Shown here: positions 57,730-64,000 of the stretch, piece by piece
Layout of the letters: each line of letters begins with the position of its first letter
Position numbering within the stretch: the first letter of the stretch is position 1
Assembly (NCBI GenBank): GCA_043228905.1
Contig: JBHGNT010000011.1
Coordinates: 7,502,001-7,566,000 of the forward strand
Origin: Azolla caroliniana
Taxonomy: Eukaryota > Plantae > Polypodiophyta
Direction of reading: 5' to 3'
DNA length: 64,000 nucleotides
Position numbers and translations under genes: made by a program
The notes under the pieces: model-generated
The model's input: the letters and a program-made list of their open reading frames with translations, nothing else
Told to the model about the DNA's origin: nothing
Database searches by the model: none

Positions 57730-59180
57730 CAGGGTTCTTTGCCAAACTGGATGTTGCTGAGGTTGTCGCAATAGATCGTCGTCAGATCAGACACCTCCAC
57801 TCGCAGATCCTTTAGGAGCCTCTTTAGCCATATGGCCTTGCATTCAACGTCGGTTCTCTACAGTGCTACTATTAGCTGCTTTTTATTGCTCCAGGCAACC
57901 GTGACGCTTCCTAGTGAAAACACATATCCGGATGTAGATCTGCGGTCGCCTACATTTCCGGCCCAATCGGAATCCGTGCAGCCAAGTTGTTTGGCTACAC
58001 CGGTCCAATACAACAACCCCTCACTTTGATCCTCGAGGAAGTAATGAAGGTCCCCAAGATCCTTCATGTCAAACAATGCCACAACTCGGGATTTGACGCG
58101 GTCGATTTTGTCTAGATCGGCGTCGACAATGACTAAATCATCAACATAAAGTAAAATACTAATTGGCCCGTTCCGACCTTGCCTAATGAAGAGAGAAGAG
58201 TCCAATTTCAACGGAGCAAACCCCATCCGACGCAGTCTCTTCGTGATTTTTGCGTTCTAGACACGCGGGGCTTGCTTGAGTCCATAGAGGGAATTCTTCA
58301 ATCGGCATACAACCGATGTGTTCACTCCGAACTGAAATCCAGGGGGTGAACCATAAACACTTGTTCCTTAAGGTCACCTTGGTGGAACACGTTTTTCACA
58401 TCCATCTGATGTATATGCCACCACTTCGCCGCTGCTACCGCAAGCAGTACATGGACGATCGTCATCTTCGCGACCGGCGCGAATGTCTCATCGTAGTCGA
58501 TGCCGTGCTACTGCGCGTAGCCTTTGGCCATTAAGCCGAGCCTTGTAACTATTGACAGAGCCGTCGATGTTGCATTTAACCTTGTATACCCATCTACAAC
58601 CGATCAACTTCACTCCTTTCGGTACGTCCACTAAGTCCCACATCTCATTTTCATTGAGTGCGTGCATCTCTGCCTTCATAGTGGCACGCCAATTTGCGTC
58701 CTTGGCCACTTCTGTGTAGCTCTCTGGCTCACGCACTGTTGTCACCTTCATCATGTACGCATAATGATGCGCCATATACTCATTGTACCAGTACCTCTTC
58801 ATGGGGTTTTTCTGGCGGGTGGATCGGTGCATTTCCTGATTCGCCGATTTCGTGGCCTCCTTGGCCAATTCCGACCTCTTCCTCGGAGGTGCATGTTTGG
58901 TTCTGTTGGAGTCAGATTTTGTTCGATTCGACTTGGCTCGGCTGGTGTCGTACTCCGGCACCTCCTTCTTCCTGTTTTCTTGTCACGTGAACCGTCTCCT
59001 TGGTTCCTAGCATGGGGAGAGCACGACCGAGTCTCCACTAATCGTCGGCTCTTCATCTTAATAGTCATTCTGACTTAGTCACTCATTCGTCTCACTTAGC
59101 CGGAATGAGATCGGACTCTCACCGAGAGTATCAAATCCCTATTCATCTTCTGGCCAAATTGTTTCGGGCTCACTGGTCTA
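57730..59180 (-). mobile_element. Copia family A copy 4: INT-RT linker, RT with internal deletion, partial RNase H
   Basis: YMAHHYAYM..VREPESY, LYVDDLVI, DSDWAG..DRRSTSGY. Confidence 0.9.
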
Positions 59181-59193
59181 AGAGGACGGACTG

Positions 59194-59203
59194 TGTAAGA
59201 CTC

Positions 59204-59246
<43 letters not shown>

Positions 59247-59518
59247 ATGATAACAGATGATATATTATGTGAAGAGTAAGTACAAAATAGCTATAAGGCT
59301 TAAGACTGGTGTTGAACTAATTTGGAATAGTGCCTCTTTTTATAGTGTTCTCAAGAATAGTCCTAAAGCTTCTAGAATGTTCCAGAGAAATCTAGAATAT
59401 ACAATAATATTCTATAGTAACACTTAAATGAAAATAATATCCTACGTATTACAATAGATAATAGAGCTCGACCCATATAACATAAGGTTATGGGTTTGAG
59501 TCTTGCCATATCATAACA
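59194..59518 (-). repeat. 3' LTR of the Tcn1-like element
   Basis: TGTTATGA...TCTTACA on the minus strand, next to the G-run PPT; contains (GA)n. Confidence 0.8.
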
Positions 59519-62500
59519 GTATCCCCCCCTTAAGATGACGAGTGTCACGAGTCGGCGTTGATTGTGGACCGGGTTTGTCCGGATACTTTCAATGGAAATT
59601 AGCAAGAAGATCCTGAGCATTGGCGACATGCTCGATGGATTCCCAAGTACGTTCGCTTGGACTATAACTGAGCCAATCGACCAAATAATAAAGTTTGTTG
59701 CGAACAAACTTGGAGTCGAGGACGACAACAACTTCATACTCCGGGCCAGTGTCCAACTCAAGCGGGGGTGGCGGTGGTGTAACACGATTGGGAATAGTGT
59801 TGGCCCGATAAGGTTCGAGAAGAGAACTATGGAAGATTGGATGTATCTAAAGGTGCGGAGGAAGATCAAGGTGGAAAGTGACATCATTAATCTTGCCGGT
59901 AATATGGAAAGGACGGAGTCGTTGATAATCCAATTTGCACACGGTCAAGTTGTCTTGATGTGACGACGTAAGAGCCATACTCGATCTCCGATGGCAAAAG
60001 AGGAGGGAAGTCTACGATGATCTGCATAAGTCTTCTGAGTGTGTTGAGCATGACGAAGATGAGTAGATAGATCCATTTGAATCTTGCGTACCCTCTCTAG
60101 ATGATCTTCGGCACGAGGATTGGTAGGTAGCTCCGGAGTGTCGATCATAGACCAGCGAGGATGAGAACCGGTATAAGCGTAAAATGGCGAAACCCGAGTC
60201 GAGGAGTGAATAGCGATGTTATATGCAAACTCGGAAAAGTGCAGAATATTAGCCCAATCGTCCTGTTGATAACTCAGAAAACACCAAAGATATTATTTCA
60301 GCATTTGATTCGTTCGTTCCGCTTGCCCATCGGTTAGGGTATGGTAGTTGGAGGAGAGGTTGCAAGAGACCTTGAGCATCTTGAAGAGATGCTTCCAAAA
60401 TTTGGAGACGAATTGAGGTCCTCAGTCACTGATGATATTGTCTGGGAGGCCATGATGCCGAAATACCTCACGCATGACAAGGGCTACGGTTTCCTCATTA
60501 GTGATGGCCTTAGTACAAGGCACAAAATGTGCCATTGTAGTATATCGATCGACGACGGTTAAGATAGAATCAAAACCCTTTGAAACTAGAAGATCTGTGA
60601 TAAAATTAAGACAAATGGACTACCACGGCTTACTTGGAATTGGTAAGGATTCCAACAAGCCATATGGATGATGTCGTGGCATCTTTGCTCGGCAACAAGC
60701 ATCACAGGTTCGAACATAGTCGTCGACAAAACATCGCATATGGGGCCACCAAAAGGATCGTTGAACTAGATCCAATGTCTTAGTACTACCGAAATGTCCA
60801 ACTGTATGGGTGTCGTGACAATTTTGGACGATTTGAAGGCGACAAGAGCAATCGGGAACATACATGAGCTTTTTAAAGAAAAATAAACCATCATGATATT
60901 TGAATTGTCAGTAGTCTATACCTGGTTGTTGAGACTAGGAACAGGATGCCCGAGAGGCATCAATTTGCGCTAGAATGGCTTGAGCAAAACTATCCGTCTT
61001 CAAGTTGGCAAGTATGGCATCGATAATCCGGGAATCCAATGGAGTGTGAAAAATCCGCGTTGTGTGCAAACATGTTGGTCCCAAGATTACTTGCTTTTTA
61101 TTATCAAATGCTGGATCACCCGGACGAGGTGCAAGATATGGACATCGCGATAGTGCATCTGCTTTTCCTTGCTGCTTCCCCGACCGATATGTGATTTTGA
61201 AGTCAAAACACGTGAGGAATTGGGCCCATCGAGCTTGCCATTGATTTAGTACACGAGTGTTTTGGAAGTAACCAAGATTTTTGTGATCACTGAAGACGAT
61301 GACCTGATGAGGAGAGCCCTCTAAGAAGTGCCGCCATTGCACAAACGAATCCACGATGGCTAACAATTCTTTGTCATATATCTCGTAGTTAATTTCCGCG
61401 GCATCAAATTTGCGTGAGTGGAAAGCCAGATGATGTAACTTTTCTTTATGTCCTTGTTGTGAAAGGATGCTACCGAGGGCTAAATATGATGCGTCGGCCT
61501 CCATGATGAATGGTTTGTTTGTATCCACATGAGCTAGAATAGGAGCTGATGTAAAGGCTTACATAAGATGCATAAAAGGCATGTCCGCTTCATTGGACCA
61601 AAGAAATGATTGTCCCTTCTTGGTAAGCTGTGTGAGAGGTAAAAGAATCTTCGAGTAATCTTGTATAAACTTGCGGTAGAAGTTAGCAAAGCCTAGGAAA
61701 CATTGCACATCTCGTAACGAACGTGGAGTTTGCCACTCTAGCACAGTTTGGACTTTAGCTAGATCCATGGAGATGCCTTTTGAGGAGATGACGTAGCCTA
61801 GAAATTCCACTTGCTTGCAGTCAAAGCTACATTTTTCTAGTTTGGCATAAAGACCATGCTCTCGGAGTCATTTTAGTACTAATAGTACATGAGAATGATG
61901 CTCTTCCTGGGTCTTCGAATAAATCAATAGATCATCCAGATAGATGATCAAACAGATATCCAAGAGATCTCTGAATATATCATTTTCCATGTGCTGGAAG
62001 ACTGCGGGCGCATTGGTTAGACCGAACAACATAACGGTATACTCGAAGTGCCCATAACGGTATGCTTGAAAAGTGGTCTTCCATTCGTCTCCCAGTCGGA
62101 TCTACACGAGGTTATATGCTCCTCCTCATAAGTCAATTTTTGTAAAAAACTTGGCACCATTTACACGTTCTAATAGACTTGATATAAGGGGAAGTGCATA
62201 CCTATTCCGAATGGTGACCTTATTCAAGCCACGGTAATCAACGACGAGACGAAGGGATCCATCTTTCTTTTTGACAAAGAAAATGGGTGGACGGGCCGGA
62301 GATTTTGAATGACGAATAAACCCGCTTGCCAAATTCTCTTCTATGTAGGCTCGAAGGACTTCCCACTCGGTTGGTGACAAGTTGTAAATTGGTCCCCACG
62401 GTGGCTTTGTTCCTGGTTGTAAATCGATGGGACAATCATAGGGACGATGATGAGGAAGAGTACCAGCTCTGACCTTGTCAAATACATTAGCATAAGGATG

Positions 62501-64000
62501 ATATTTCACGGGAAGTTGAACTAAGGATTCCTTTTTAATAGTGATCGAAGGATGTACTGATATTGCAAATAGAAACATTGATTCTTTGTGTCCTTCACGT
62601 AATTGATGGAGCGAAATGGTCAAAACTTGATAAGTAGATTCTCGGGGTTATCGATACTAGACTTCTCTTGTTCTCCAATCTATGTCTGGATTATGTACTT
62701 CAAACCAAGGTAATCCCAGGACAATGGGATGCTCTGGACTACTAATTATATTAAATGATACCACACCCACAAAGCTATCTAGGACAACCTGAATGGGTTC
62801 TAACTCTTCTACGATATTCCCAGAAGCAATGGGACGACCATCAATGACTACTACAGATGCGGGGCAAGGAAGTTTTCTTAAGGATATTTGAGAAGCTTGG
62901 GCAAAATTCCGATCCATGAAATAGGAATTGGCTCCAGAATCTCAAAGTGCTAAGACATGTACTAGAGGGGTACTTTTAGTACTAATCATGACTTGGGCTA
63001 AGAACACATTGCTAACTTGCTTAGAGGGAATGGAAACACTAATGGGCTCCATAGATCTAGGGCTGTCCAACCAAACAACTCCTATTTTGGTTGGACTTAG
63101 TTGTTTGACTCTTCCTCTAATTGAGTAAGGATTTCAAATTTGTTTGAGATACTTGGGCTATCATCACTATTAATATTATTAGACACTCCTAAGGGAATTG
63201 ACTCGGGTTTAGTACATGCTAACGATTTGATTTACTTGTCTTCTTAGCCTATGGGGACAGTTGATGGCGATATGCCCTGGTCGACTCCAATAAAGACATA
63301 ATCGATTTGCATGTCGTCGTTTCTTTTCTTCTTCCGATAACGGGCCACGTCGATGCATGGTGTCGATCTCAATCGCCGTCGGAGTATTTGCCTAAGATAC
63401 ATCTCGTGCAACCGGTTTGAAATTGACGTTCCAAACGTCGTTCGAAAAGGAGGTTGTAGCATCGGACTGCTCGACTGATTGCCTTTGTAAGAGATTTTGG
63501 TTCTTCGGGAAAGGTTAAAAATAAATCTTTGACGTCGTTTCGCAGGCCGTAGCGGAACTTGCTCCATTAGTGCTTGATCATCCTAGGGGATATCTGAGGC
63601 AAGTAGATGGAAATCCGTCGCGTAGGCAGAGGCTGCACGATCACCTTGACACAATCATCGGATTTTGTTGATCGTCGTCCTCATGTTGTCGGTATCTCCA
63701 AAGCAGGCTTTAAACCCGCTAATAAAGTCTTCAAAGTTATTAAGCAAGGGAGATTGTTTTTCCAAAAGCGGAGTGAACCATGCCAAGGCTGAGCCGCTGA
63801 GCAACGTGCCTATTAGGCCTACTCGGGATGCATCAGTAGGGTATCGGGAAGGATGCATTTGCATGACTAAGCGTACCTGATTAAGGAATCCTCTGAATTG
63901 TGAGCGTGTTCCATCGAATTTCACAGGAAGACCAATCCTGTGCTCTTTATGAAGTCCTTGGGAACTTGATCCTTGTTGTTGTAACGCTATGATGGTTGCT
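59194..64000 (-). mobile_element. Ty3/gypsy chromovirus (Tcn1-like), decayed, 5' end outside the window
   Basis: gag KFDGTRSQFRGF..ALAWF, RT KKKDGSLRLVVDYRGLN..YLDD, RNase H EADAS..NYEIYDKELLAI, integrase, chromodomain ~59600-59740, PPT 59523-59530, 3' LTR 59194-59518. Confidence 0.93.

Noticed and set aside
59460-59510. Third tRNA-like B-box (GGTTTGAGTC) in the Tcn1 LTR
   Set aside because: No convincing A-box or cloverleaf spacing; better explained by a local inverted repeat

Overview
Eukaryotic nuclear DNA from a TE-rich, seed-free land plant. A fern is most likely; this is inferred from a Tcn1-type chromovirus, the style of the PLS-class PPR gene and frequent (GA)n/(TG)n tracts. Most of the window is nested, decayed LTR retrotransposons. 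These include several copies of one Ty1/copia family (one complete with TSD, 48896-54739), Tnt1/Tork-like copia pieces, a complete 9.6-kb Ty3/gypsy element with an extra 3' ORF (18454-28030, TSD GAAAA) nested in a relative, and a chromodomain-bearing Tcn1-like gypsy at the right end. Two host genes are present: an intact 6-exon CNX2/moaA (32427-37133, +) and a PLS-class PPR gene (45517-47853, -). The most unusual locus is 6.8-12 kb. It holds a decayed ~910-codon Sola-like DDD transposase with N-terminal FSVEEY repeats and a Tudor/BAH-like C-terminal module. Head-to-head with it lies an apparently spliced second gene whose intron contains ~18 copies of a 23-bp palindrome. Also notable are tRNA-shaped modules (one with tRNA-Lys(CTT) geometry) inside gypsy LTR-like sequence, and a gypsy family with a conserved hairpin where the PPT should be. 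All family assignments come from motif recognition by eye; no database searches were run.
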